A DNA stretch of 64,000 nucleotides from Dehalococcoidia bacterium (lineage in GTDB: Bacteria > Chloroflexota > Dehalococcoidia > Lucifugimonadales > UBA1123): positions 2,852,601 to 2,916,600 of the forward strand of contig OZ253472.1 in NCBI GenBank assembly GCA_965261525.1, given 5' to 3'. Shown here one piece after another: positions 17,378 to 27,049 of this stretch. A program made the translations under genes and the position numbers. Each line of letters starts with the position of its first letter. Position 1 is the stretch's first letter. The notes under the pieces were generated by a model. It did no database searches. It was not told the DNA's origin and saw nothing but the letters and a program-made list of their open reading frames with translations.

Positions 17378-18391
17378 GTGATATACCAAAATCGGCATAC
17401 TAATACGAACATGACCAAGTTCCTCACATTCGGCGAGACCCTCGTCCAACACAACGCCGACTACATCGGGCCTTACGATCCCGACGGCGGCTACACCCGG
17501 CACGTCGCGGGCGCGGAGTCAAATGTCGCCATTGATTTGCGTCGGCTCATGCCGGATATCGAGGCCGTCTGGGTAAGCCGACTCGGTAATGACGCCGACG
17601 GGGATATGATCCTCGAACAGTTGAAAGGTGGGATAACCGTCCACGCTCCTCAGTTCGACGGGGAATTCACAGGCATCCAACTTCTCAACCACTTGGGTGG
17701 GGGAGAAGTAATTCGCCGGTACAGGCGCGCCGGAAGCGCCGCGAGCCTCCTTACCGCCGCCGAGGTCCTGCCTCACCTGGACAGCTCCGACCTTGTTCAC
17801 GCGACCGGAATCACTCCGGCGCTGAGCGAAACCTGCCGTCTCACCGCGTTCGCCGTGATGCGCTCCGCCACCGAGCGCAGTATCTCGGTCAGCATGGACG
17901 TGAACTACCGCGACGCTCTGTGGAGTCCGGCTGAGGCTATGGAAGTCTGCGACGAGATGAGACAACTCGCCACGCTGTTCAAGGTCGGCCACGACGAGGC
18001 GGAAACTATCTGGGGACTCGGCCTGTCAGCCGAGGAATACGCCCGATATTTCTTTGGCGGCAACACCCGTCTCACTGTCGTCACCACTGGTGACAGTGGC
18101 GCGGTCGCTTACGACGGCGAACGCGTCGTCACTCATCCCGGCTTCACGGTCGAAATGGTTGACCCCGTAGGCGCCGGAGACGCCTTCGTCGCCGGATTCT
18201 TGGCGGGCATATTCCAGCGTTGCGCCCTGCCAGACCTTTTCGATATGAACTCCGACGCTCGCGCCCAAGCGCTTCGCCGCGCCCTAGAGATAGCCAACGC
18301 CTGCGGCGCGCTTGTCTGCACACGGCACGGCGACACCGAGGCAATGCCGGATATGCGACAGGTGGATGAATTCACCGGGGCACTCAAATGA
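17378..18391 (+). CDS. PfkB-family sugar kinase (KdgK-like)
   Basis: ORF track. The likely start is MTKFLTFGE. AGAESNVAIDL, VDPVGAGDAFVAGFLAG, ANACGALVCTRHGD. Confidence 0.75.
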   Translation: MIYQNRHTNTNMTKFLTFGETLVQHNADYIGPYDPDGGYTRHVAGAESNVAIDLRRLMPDIEAVWVSRLGNDADGDMILEQLKGGITVHAPQFDGEFTGIQLLNHLGGGEVIRRYRRAGSAASLLTAAEVLPHLDSSDLVHATGITPALSETCRLTAFAVMRSATERSISVSMDVNYRDALWSPAEAMEVCDEMRQLATLFKVGHDEAETIWGLGLSAEEYARYFFGGNTRLTVVTTGDSGAVAYDGERVVTHPGFTVEMVDPVGAGDAFVAGFLAGIFQRCALPDLFDMNSDARAQALRRALEIANACGALVCTRHGDTEAMPDMRQVDEFTGALK

Positions 18392-18438
18392 GGATGTATG
18401 ATGGGCATAAGAGGACATAGGGGAATAGCTCTCGAAAC

Positions 18439-19170
18439 TCAAATAAAAGGCGGTCTTATAGAATCGTCAGCGCCTTCAGCGATAAGCGTTCGTGCAAGTT
18501 CAGAATAGCCCGCGATAGTTGCTCTGTATGTGGGTGTCCAACCTCGGTGATCTATAGCATTTATATCTGCTCCAGTAGATATAAGATACTTTGCTATTTC
18601 AATGTCTCCTACTTCAGCAGCAAAATGTAGCGGAGTACGTCCATGAATTGAATCCTTTGAATCAATATCAGTGCCTGCTGAGATGAGAGCCTTCGCTATC
18701 TCCGAATGTCCATTCAGAATTGCATTATGCAATGGAGTACGACCATCATAGAAAGTTTCAATATTGGTGTCTGCGCCAGCAGATAGTAGATCCTTTGTTG
18801 TTTCAGCATCCCCCGCTTTGACAGCGAATTGTAGGGGTGTTCGCCCACTAAATACATCCTCCGCATTAACGTCAGCACCTGCTGAGATGAGAGCCTTCGC
18901 TATCTCCGAATGTCCTCTCAGAATCGCACTATGTAAAGGTGGACGCCCACCACCATCTCTCACGCTAACATCAACTCCTCCAGATATGAGCATTTTCACA
19001 ATATCGATATGTCCGTCCCAGGCTGCCATGTTCAGTAGTGTATTGCCATCATTGTCCATCTTGTTGAGATCAGCGCCAGCAGACAACAAAATCTGTACAA
19101 TTCTAGTATGTCCATTCTTCACTGCTGTATGCAAAGGAATTCTGCCATCCTCATCTTTAGCATTGACGTT
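18439..19170 (-). pseudogene. Ankyrin-repeat protein, 3' portion cut off by the IS630-family insertion
   Basis: ORF track (18439..19134; the first codon is really Leu). The frame stays open upstream as LNWYNVNAKDEDGRIPLHTAVKNGH up to the IS end. There are tandem 33-aa ANK repeats (TPLH.A...GH..I...LI..GAD.N). Confidence 0.7.
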
Positions 19171-19171
19171 A

Positions 19172-20340
19172 TACCAATTCAGCTTGATGAGGCCGGGTAG
19201 TATTCAGGTAGCCGCTGAATGTTCCGCTTGATCCAATCCCAACCTACCAGCGACTTTACTCGTTCGGGATCCGATTCCAGCCTGCTCAGGCAGGTATTCA
19301 CCGCCTCAACCTTCTCATCTATACTCCCATAGACCCTGCCCTCTACCCATCTGCGAACCTCCTTGAACACCCGCTCGGCAGGATTAAGCTCAGGACTATA
19401 GGCAGGCAGCGTTATCGTCTTCATCCCCGCTATACTCCTCACCAACTCGCTGCGATGACTGCCCGCTCCGTCCCACACAAGCGCTCTCACTTCCGTGTAT
19501 CGCCTAACGCTCAGCGCCGCGCGCGCCACCGTCTCAGACCTCATCGAGTCTATCCACGCCCACTCCGGTTTGCCTCTGCCAAAGTCCACCACCAGGAACA
19601 GGTACTTCCACTCATAAACCAACTGCAACCGCTGAACCACCTTCACCCCACGAACTCCCCACACCCGGCGCACCATCCCGCGAAGTCCGACTCGCATCTC
19701 ATCGGCAAACCCGATCAGCGTTCCCGAACTAACTCCCGCTCTCCGAAGGGAACGGCCAAGCCCCCCTTTTTCCACCGCTCCTGAGCGTTCAGGTCCGCCT
19801 TCTCATGCCGGGGGCTGGGAACCTTCGGTGAACATCCCAGCCGCTCAAGCACACTGTATATGCTGTTCCCCTTGAACCTCACACCGTACTCCGACTCCAC
19901 CCAATCGGCGATCTCACCAGCAGTCCTGAAACGTCCACTTCCAATCTCCCCAACCAATCTCCGTTCCTGAGACTCGCTCAGAAACCTCGGCTGACCCACT
20001 CCTCCCATCTTGCGGGACAGGACCTCGTCCAGACCGCCTTCTCTATACCACCCAACCCATCTCTGCGCGTTCCGGCAGTGAACACCCACAGCTTCAGCCG
20101 CCGCTTTGATCTGCCAGCCGCGACGTATCAGCCACAGCGCGCGCAGCCGGGTACGAATATAGACATCTCTCTGGAACTGGTAGGCTTCCTTCAGCGCTTC
20201 CGGTGTGTCTTGCTCATGCCATGCCATCCTGAACGGGCGTCCAATCATCTGCTACCCTCCAACGCCTGAGTTGGCTTGAGCATAAATGAAATATCAGACT
20301 TCGACCAGCTCCTCTACCCTCACATCAGGATGAAATGGTA
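19172..20340 (-). mobile_element. IS630-family insertion sequence (about 1.17 kb)
   Basis: Imperfect terminal inverted repeats: TACCAATTCAGCTTGATGAGG (19172-) and the reverse complement of 20340 downward, TACCATTTCATCCTGATGTGAGG. The same short T-A-T run is present at both junctions (19170-72, 20339-41). Two overlapping transposase ORFs lie inside. Confidence 0.8.
19179..20248 (-). CDS. IS630-family transposase, orfA (19715..20248, HTH) plus orfB (19179..19775, DDE) joined by a -1 frameshift
   Basis: ORF track. orfA has the winged-helix/HTH segment LRALWLIRRGWQIKAAAEAVGV. orfB has a DDE triad context: GFADEM, VWDGAGSH, YSPELNPAERVF. The overlap contains the A5G6 run. Confidence 0.75.
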
Positions 20341-21077
20341 TTAGCACCTTCGGATATCAGTGCCCTCACTGTTCCTGTGTCGCCATTCCATACAGCTATG
20401 TGTAGGCCCGTTGTGCCAACAAACACTCCGATTGGTTGAATAAGTGCGCCGTGCGAAATCAATATCCGTATAATCTCGGCGTGGCCCTTCTGAGTCGCCC
20501 AGTGGAGGGGTGTAGTGTCAAAATCATCGGTTGCATTAACGTCAGCTCCAGCAGAAATTAGTGTCTGCACCGTTTCAATACGACCTATCTGTACCGCCCA
20601 ATGTAGGGCTGTAGCGCCAATCGAGTCATCAGTTGCGCCAAGGTCAGCACCGGTACTAGCCAGAAGATACACAATTTCGTTGTGCCCCTCTTGAACAGCC
20701 GTTATCAGGGCAGTACAACCACGATTATCTCTCACATTAACCTCAGCGCCCGCAACAACAAGAACCCATACAGTTTCAGCATGTCCTTTCCAAGCCGCCC
20801 AATAGAGGGGTGTATAACCGTTCACAGTTACCGAATCAATCTCAGCGCCGGCGGAGATAAGGTCTTGTACGATTTCGGTGCGACCATAGCCCGCCGCCAC
20901 GTGCAAGGGCGTATTGTTACGGTGGTCTTTTGCATGAATGTCTGCGCCAGCAGAGATATACTCTCTTACTTTTCTGACATCCCCCTTCTGAGCCGCACGG
21001 TGTAAGGGAATGTCAGAAACGAATATCTTGACTTTCGTCCATACCCGTCTTAAGGAACATCCTAGGCTTCCCATCAT
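20325..21077 (-). pseudogene. Ankyrin-repeat protein, 5' portion; reads 4 codons into the IS and stops
   Basis: ORF track, 250 aa. About 7 ANK repeats. It ends ...ALISEGAN-TISS-stop, and the last codons are IS sequence. Confidence 0.7.
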
Positions 21078-21127
21078 CTGACTCCCTTCCCCGGAATGGC
21101 ATACTCATCGAGCCACATGAGAAACTC

Positions 21128-22834
21128 TCAGCCGCCCCGACGCTGTATCCTGGCCCACGTGTCCCTCAGCGACACCGCCCGGTTGAACACCGGCATATCG
21201 TCCGTGGAGTCTCTATCCTTGGCGAAGTAGCCGATGCGCTCGAACTGGAAGGTCTCTCCAGGCTGTGAATCGGCCAGAGACGGTTCGACTTTGCATCCTG
21301 TCAGTATGCTGAGCGAGTCCGGGTTGATGAAGTCTGTCCACTCCTTGCCGTCCGGCGTGTCGTTCGGATTCGGGATCGTGAACAGGCTGTCGTACAGCCT
21401 CACTTCCGCGTCAACTGCGTGTTTAGCTGACACCCAGTGCAGAGTCGCGCGTACCCGCCTTCCGTCCGGCGCCGCGCCGCCGCGCGTCTCGGGGTCGTAA
21501 GTGCAGCGCAACTCTACTACGTTGCCGTCCTCGTCCTTGACAGCCTCCTCGCACTTAATGAAGTAGCCATACCGGAGCCGTACCTCGCGGCCCGGAGCGA
21601 GGCGATAGAATCTACGGGGCGGGTCTTCCATAAAGTCGTCGCGCTCTATGTAAATCTCCCTGGTGAACGGGACCTGGCGTATTCCGGCGTTTTCGTCCTC
21701 GGGATTGTTGATCGCGTCCAGATAATCCGTCTCGCCGTCCGGGAAATTCTTTATGACGACTTTCAGAGGGTTGAGTACTGCCATGCGACGCTCGGCGCGC
21801 CTGTTCAGGTCGTCCCGCAAATTGTGTTCGAGAAGCCCTATCTCGGTGAGGGCTGTGGTCTTGTTGATTCCGACCTCGGCGCAGAAGTTGCGAAGCGCTT
21901 CCGGCGTGTACCCGCGGCGGCGCATTCCGGCGAGAGTAGGCATTCGTGGATCGTCCCAGCCGTCAACGTGGCCGTCCTCGACCAGCCTTATCAATCGTCG
22001 TTTGCTCAGGATAGTGTGGGAGATATTGAACCGCGCGAACTCTATCTGCTGCGGCCTGTACAGTCCAAGTTCCTCGAGGAACCAATCGTACAGCGGACGA
22101 TGGTCCTCATACTCCATGGTGCAAAGCGAGTGGGTAATGCTCTCAATAGAGTCCGAGATTGGGTGCGCGTAGTCGTACATCGGGTATATGTGCCACTTGT
22201 CGCCCGTCTGGTGATGCGGCACATTGCGAATACGATAAATTGTCGGGTCGCGCATATTTATATTTGGCGACGCCATGTCAATCTTCGCGCGCAGCACATG
22301 GGCTCCGTCCTCGAATTCCCCGTCCCGCATACCGCGAAGCAGGCCAAGATTCTCCTCTACGGATCTGTCTCGGTAGGGGCTGCAACGCCCCGGTTCCGTC
22401 AGCGTTCCTCTGTACTCGCGTATCTTCTGCGCGCTCAGGCTGTCCACGTATGCCTTACCCTGCATAATAAGCTGCTCGGCAAGTTCATAAAGCTGCCCGA
22501 AGTAGTCGGAGGCGAAGAATTCACGGTCTTGCCAGTCGAATCCGAGCCAGCGTGTGTCTTCCTTCTGCGATTCGACGTACTCCATCTCTTCCGCGAGTGG
22601 ATTTGTGTCGTCGAAACGGAAGTTGCATAGGCCGCCGAAGTCCTCGGATATTCCGAAATTGAGGCAGATGGCCGTTGCGTGACCAAGATGTAGGTATCCG
22701 TTAGGCTCAGGAGGCCATCGCGTGTGAACTCTGCCCCCGAATCTGCCTGTTTCGTTGTCCTCTGCTATTCGCGCCCTTATGAAGTCCTTTGACGCGAGCG
22801 ATGATTTATCTGACATACCTGAAGCCTCTATCAC
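21128..22834 (-). CDS. glnS: Glutaminyl-tRNA synthetase
   Basis: ORF track, 568 aa. [15 protein letters not shown] (HIGH motif), [15 protein letters not shown] (KMSKS equivalent), and the C-terminal anticodon-binding beta-barrels. Confidence 0.85.
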   Translation of the reverse strand: MIEASGMSDKSSLASKDFIRARIAEDNETGRFGGRVHTRWPPEPNGYLHLGHATAICLNFGISEDFGGLCNFRFDDTNPLAEEMEYVESQKEDTRWLGFDWQDREFFASDYFGQLYELAEQLIMQGKAYVDSLSAQKIREYRGTLTEPGRCSPYRDRSVEENLGLLRGMRDGEFEDGAHVLRAKIDMASPNINMRDPTIYRIRNVPHHQTGDKWHIYPMYDYAHPISDSIESITHSLCTMEYEDHRPLYDWFLEELGLYRPQQIEFARFNISHTILSKRRLIRLVEDGHVDGWDDPRMPTLAGMRRRGYTPEALRNFCAEVGINKTTALTEIGLLEHNLRDDLNRRAERRMAVLNPLKVVIKNFPDGETDYLDAINNPEDENAGIRQVPFTREIYIERDDFMEDPPRRFYRLAPGREVRLRYGYFIKCEEAVKDEDGNVVELRCTYDPETRGGAAPDGRRVRATLHWVSAKHAVDAEVRLYDSLFTIPNPNDTPDGKEWTDFINPDSLSILTGCKVEPSLADSQPGETFQFERIGYFAKDRDSTDDMPVFNRAVSLRDTWARIQRRGG

Positions 22835-22910
22835 AAGAAAGTTGAGAATTGTCTGAAAGTATATTGGAAGTCCGAGACGGCTTACAATTCCAGACGACCG
22901 CGATTCCCAG

Positions 22911-24488
22911 TCAGAGTGACTGGGTCAACAAATCAATTGACTTGGTTGTTTCATCGGTTAACTTGACGCACGCTGTTCGCCGCCCGGCGTCTTGCAGTAC
23001 ACGGAGATCGGCTGCGGCCTGCGCGTCAGTTAACGCGCCAAACGTGAAATTCTCGCCCGGAATGGCAACATCCTCCTCATGTGGAGACACGATCATCAGC
23101 GCCGCGACACTGTTCGGGCCTCCCTTGTGAAGCTGTCCGGTAGAGTGCAGGTACCTGGGGCCATATCCCAGCGTCGTCGGTACCCGGCAATTCCGTAGAA
23201 TAGCTTCTCTCAGCCGGCTCAGCGCGTCGTCGTTTTGAGGTGTCTGCGGAACATAGGCCAGAATGGCTATGTAGTCTCCGATACTCAAGCTGCCTGTGAG
23301 TTCAGCAATCGTGCCTTGCGCTGTCAGAATCGCGGTGTCTCCACTCGCCTTGAAAGCCTCCAGGGAGCGTTGTGTCAGGTCTTTAGCCCTCTGAACGTCC
23401 GGCTGGTCGAATGGATTCACTCCCATCATCGCGCCCGCCGTCGCGATTGCGAACTCCCAGCGATAAAACTCTCCACCCAGCGAGTTCACATCCTTTATCT
23501 CATATCGAATCACAGGGTGTCCCGCGTGAGCGAGATCTGAAGCCAGAGTATCAGTAGGCGAGTCTTCGCCCGACAGCTTCAGGAACACGAACTGCCTATC
23601 GTGTCCATAGGATAAGACATTTCCAGGGGGCTCCAACGTCACCGGCGCTATTCCTCTCCCTTTCTTGCCGAGGCTCTCTGCAATAAGCTGCTCTGCCCAA
23701 AGTCCGAACGAGTCAAGAGACGGAGAAGTGAGTAAGGTTAGCTTGTCTCGTCCCGCTTCTGTATGTGAGGTGATTGTCGCCCCCAGATGCGCTCCCGGAT
23801 TGTCGCCTGTGGGTATGCCGACAGCGCAATTGGAACGCATCTGTTCGCCGCTTTCCAGAATGCCCGCGACGTCATATCCCGCCAGCGCCGCTGGCACAAG
23901 GCCAAAGTAGCTCAGGACGGAATATCGTCCGCAGATGTCGGGCGCGTTCAAGAAAATCTTTCTGAAGCCATCGCGGATCGCCAATTGTTCGAGAGGAGAC
24001 CCCGGATCTGTGATGGCGATGAACTTCTCGCCGCCGAACCCAAGTTTGTTCAACCTGTGCCTGAAGAGCCTGTACAGTAATCTTGGCTCGGCAGTCGTGC
24101 CGGATTTGGACGAGACGACAAATAATGCGCACTCTATGTTAATGGAATCAGCGACCAAATTGACCTGAGCGGGCAGGGTAGAGTCGAGGACGACAAGCTC
24201 CGGCCAGCCCTCGCGAGGCCCGAAGCTCTGATTGAGAACCTCCGCCCCCAGACTGCTGCCCCCCATACCGAGAAGGACGACATGCCTTATGTCTTCGTCA
24301 CGAACGCTATGCGCGAATCTTGTCAGCGCGGTGACTTCTCCCCGCATCGTGTCCGTTATGTCCAGCCAGCCAAGTCGGTCTGTGATTTCGGTCGGGCTAT
24401 CGGACCAGAGTGTGTGGTCCTTGGCCCATATGCGTTCTACGACGTTATCGGCGCTCAGAGGCTCGACCGCCCTCGCGATGGTCGTCAT
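22911..24488 (-). CDS. pgi: Glucose-6-phosphate isomerase
   Basis: ORF track, 525 aa. [37 protein letters not shown]. The start overlaps the tal stop by 4 nt. Confidence 0.8.
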   Translation of the reverse strand: MTTIARAVEPLSADNVVERIWAKDHTLWSDSPTEITDRLGWLDITDTMRGEVTALTRFAHSVRDEDIRHVVLLGMGGSSLGAEVLNQSFGPREGWPELVVLDSTLPAQVNLVADSINIECALFVVSSKSGTTAEPRLLYRLFRHRLNKLGFGGEKFIAITDPGSPLEQLAIRDGFRKIFLNAPDICGRYSVLSYFGLVPAALAGYDVAGILESGEQMRSNCAVGIPTGDNPGAHLGATITSHTEAGRDKLTLLTSPSLDSFGLWAEQLIAESLGKKGRGIAPVTLEPPGNVLSYGHDRQFVFLKLSGEDSPTDTLASDLAHAGHPVIRYEIKDVNSLGGEFYRWEFAIATAGAMMGVNPFDQPDVQRAKDLTQRSLEAFKASGDTAILTAQGTIAELTGSLSIGDYIAILAYVPQTPQNDDALSRLREAILRNCRVPTTLGYGPRYLHSTGQLHKGGPNSVAALMIVSPHEEDVAIPGENFTFGALTDAQAAADLRVLQDAGRRTACVKLTDETTKSIDLLTQSL

Positions 24489-25648
24489 GACGTTCCCACG
24501 GATGCGCCAACGCGGGCTGCGCCCGCCATTAGATGTTCCGTCTTGGCTTCAATGTCACCCAGCAGGAGATCGAAAGAGTCTGCGAATGCCTTCACTCCCT
24601 CGTGCATGAGGTTGGCGGTAACCGTGTCCATGCTGATTCCGTTCTCTTCCAGCCTGTTTAGAGCTTCGCGGGACCCTTCCACATCGTCCTCGATGGCGCT
24701 GCTCGCCTTCCCGTGATCCAGAAAAGCCTCAAGCGTTGCGTCCGGCATGGTATTCACCGTGTCCGCGCCTATGAGTGTCTCGACATACAGTACATCGCTG
24801 TACAGCGGATTCTTAGTGCTTGTGGATGCCCACAGCGGCCTTTGTACACGCGCTCCCTTACGGGCGAGCGCGTCAAACCTTTCAGAGATGAATGTCCGCT
24901 TGAAGTCCTGGTAGGCAATCTTCGCGTTGGCGACTGCCGCTTTACCCATAAGAGACTCCAGAGCGCCGCCGCGCCGCTCTAGCAGTCCGTCCACCGCGGT
25001 ATCAACTCGGCTCACGAAGAAAGAGGCCACCGAGGACACGGCGCTAAGGTCGCCCACAGAGTGGGCCAGGTCTTCCAACCCGGATACATAGGCTTCGCGC
25101 GCCTTGGAGTACATATCCAGCGAGAATATCAGCGTAACGTTTACATTCACGCCCTGGCTTATGAGTTCACGAATGGCTGGTATTCCTTCCGGCGTGGCCG
25201 GAACCTTAATCATCACGTTGGGTCTGTCGAGCGCGTCAAACAGCCTCAGCGCAGCTTCGACTGTGGCATTCGTATCGTGCGCCAGGCGAGGGCTGACCTC
25301 GAGTGAGGCGAAGCCGTCTGCGCCGCCGGTACGCTCATACACCGGTCGCAGAACATCGGCTGCCGCGCGTATATCTTCTGTTGCCAGCGCCTCGAACAGT
25401 AGCTCGGGATTCAGACCACGAGACGCATACTTCATGAGTGAATCGTCATAGTCGCCGCCGGACGATATGGCCTTCTGAAAAATAGTCGGGTTGGAAGTAA
25501 GTCCCGTCACTCCCAAGCCGACAAGCCGGTCAAGCTCGCCGGTGGCTATCAGAGCGCGGTACATATTATCGTACCAGACGCTCTGACCAAGTCTGCCGAG
25601 TTCCTCTAAGGGGTTGAAATCTTCGGACATCGTCTGCTGCTCCATCAA
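24485..25648 (-). CDS. tal: Transaldolase (long actinobacterial-type)
   Basis: ORF track, 387 aa. GQSVWYDN, GVTGLTSNPTIFQKAI, NVMIKVPAT, NVNVTLIFS. Confidence 0.8.
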   Translation of the reverse strand: MMEQQTMSEDFNPLEELGRLGQSVWYDNMYRALIATGELDRLVGLGVTGLTSNPTIFQKAISSGGDYDDSLMKYASRGLNPELLFEALATEDIRAAADVLRPVYERTGGADGFASLEVSPRLAHDTNATVEAALRLFDALDRPNVMIKVPATPEGIPAIRELISQGVNVNVTLIFSLDMYSKAREAYVSGLEDLAHSVGDLSAVSSVASFFVSRVDTAVDGLLERRGGALESLMGKAAVANAKIAYQDFKRTFISERFDALARKGARVQRPLWASTSTKNPLYSDVLYVETLIGADTVNTMPDATLEAFLDHGKASSAIEDDVEGSREALNRLEENGISMDTVTANLMHEGVKAFADSFDLLLGDIEAKTEHLMAGAARVGASVGTS

Positions 25649-25755
25649 AATGGCATTGAAATCAAATGGGATACTAGAAATTTATAGCATATATCCTGAA
25701 CCACCCGCATATGCGGAACCTTTTCAAACAGAGCCACTCTATTGTGTGAACAACG

Positions 25756-26958
25756 TCACGCGATAACCAGCGGAATCAGCATCTCATCTGGCGATAGACC
25801 GGAGTGGTGCCCGTTCAGCTGCAACATTCTACCCGAACCGCGTGATGCGTTGTACTCCAATACATCCGCGCCGGATGATACTACTACCAGATCGCCCAAG
25901 CGCTCCCTGGTCTCGTCGGTTGGTTCGGTCGGGCCAAACAATTGGATCTTAATCGCATCCTCCATGTCCACCACCATAAAGACCTGTTCGAAACGCTGTT
26001 CGAAATAGCGTCGTACACGCTCCCTCGCCCACTCCAGCGTGTACAAATACATGACCCTTGCATCGCCGGAAGGCATGAGCCTGAATAGAGGCTGGAGTTG
26101 GCGATTGACTCTCAGTGTGTGGCGTTTCGGTGGCGGAGCGTCTAGGAAGCCGTGGTCTGCTGTCACCACTATGCGAGCCTTATCTCCCACCAGGCTGGCT
26201 AGGCGTTCGATTTCCCGATCTACCTCAGTCAAGGCATGATGCACCTGCGGCCTGGTCATCCCGTACATATGCGCCTCACTGTCCACGCGCGACGAATAGA
26301 GATACGTGAAGGTCTTCTCCTCTGACTCGGATACATGGCTGGCCACTAAGTCCACGCCGTTCGCGAGTGATTCGTAGCCAACGGTCTCGCGTCCACCGGA
26401 AAAGTACTCGGAATACACTGAGCCGGCTATCGCCTTCGGAACGACTGCTCGCACGTCCCGCGGCATAGACTTCCAGAGAGACTTGACCGGAAACGCGGTT
26501 TCAGGAGATATTCCCCGTTTCAACAGACTCTGATTATTGCTGCGCGCAGTGTAGCTGAGAATCGTCGCGGAAGAACCAAGAGCGGGAAGGTGTGTCCACC
26601 ATCCCGTGACGGCGTGGTCCTGCGGCCACTCACCGGTAGCGAGAGATGTGAGCGCGACGGCGGTAGTGGATGGAAATACTGTCTGCATCTGCTCCCAAAG
26701 GCGCCTCCGCAGGAACGAGTTGGGAGGAAGCGATTCCAGCAGATTCATGCCCATGCCGTCAACCAGTACCAGCGCTATGTGGTCTGCGTCCCCTATGGAC
26801 TTCGCAATTTCGTGAGCGTTCTCGGACATATCGAGATCATTCACTCCGCACAGGCAGGCAATCGCCCTAGACATATCAACCAAGTTGCGTACCTCCGGGC
26901 GCGGACGCAGCAGGTCCCCCTCCGCAAATGCCTCGACAAGATATGCTATTCCCGTCAT
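25756..26958 (-). CDS. Alkaline-phosphatase-superfamily protein (type I phosphodiesterase/nucleotide pyrophosphatase-like)
   Basis: ORF track (25756..27126). I prefer the internal start MTGIAYL (26956-26958), which removes the overlap with the divergent gene. LVLVDGMGMNLL, FPSTTAVALTSLATG, VVTADHGF. Confidence 0.6.
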   Translation of the reverse strand: MTGIAYLVEAFAEGDLLRPRPEVRNLVDMSRAIACLCGVNDLDMSENAHEIAKSIGDADHIALVLVDGMGMNLLESLPPNSFLRRRLWEQMQTVFPSTTAVALTSLATGEWPQDHAVTGWWTHLPALGSSATILSYTARSNNQSLLKRGISPETAFPVKSLWKSMPRDVRAVVPKAIAGSVYSEYFSGGRETVGYESLANGVDLVASHVSESEEKTFTYLYSSRVDSEAHMYGMTRPQVHHALTEVDREIERLASLVGDKARIVVTADHGFLDAPPPKRHTLRVNRQLQPLFRLMPSGDARVMYLYTLEWARERVRRYFEQRFEQVFMVVDMEDAIKIQLFGPTEPTDETRERLGDLVVVSSGADVLEYNASRGSGRMLQLNGHHSGLSPDEMLIPLVIA

Positions 26959-27049
26959 GAAAATACGCGCTCCACACAAACCTAGCCCGCGATCTCTGCC
27001 ATATCGCCTGGACCGTGATACCATTATAATAGTCAGGCGCATAGAAATT

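Noticed and set aside
21437-22630. 397-aa plus-strand ORF opposite glnS. Similar long shadows lie opposite the channel (4127..4909), the SBPs (33422..34156, 38802..40181), the enolase genes (15462..16151, 40704..41525) and the PP2C/vWA genes (47376..48029, 48755..49363)
   Set aside because: All are antisense to genes with strong family motifs, have Arg/Gly/Pro-rich low-information composition, and have no motifs.
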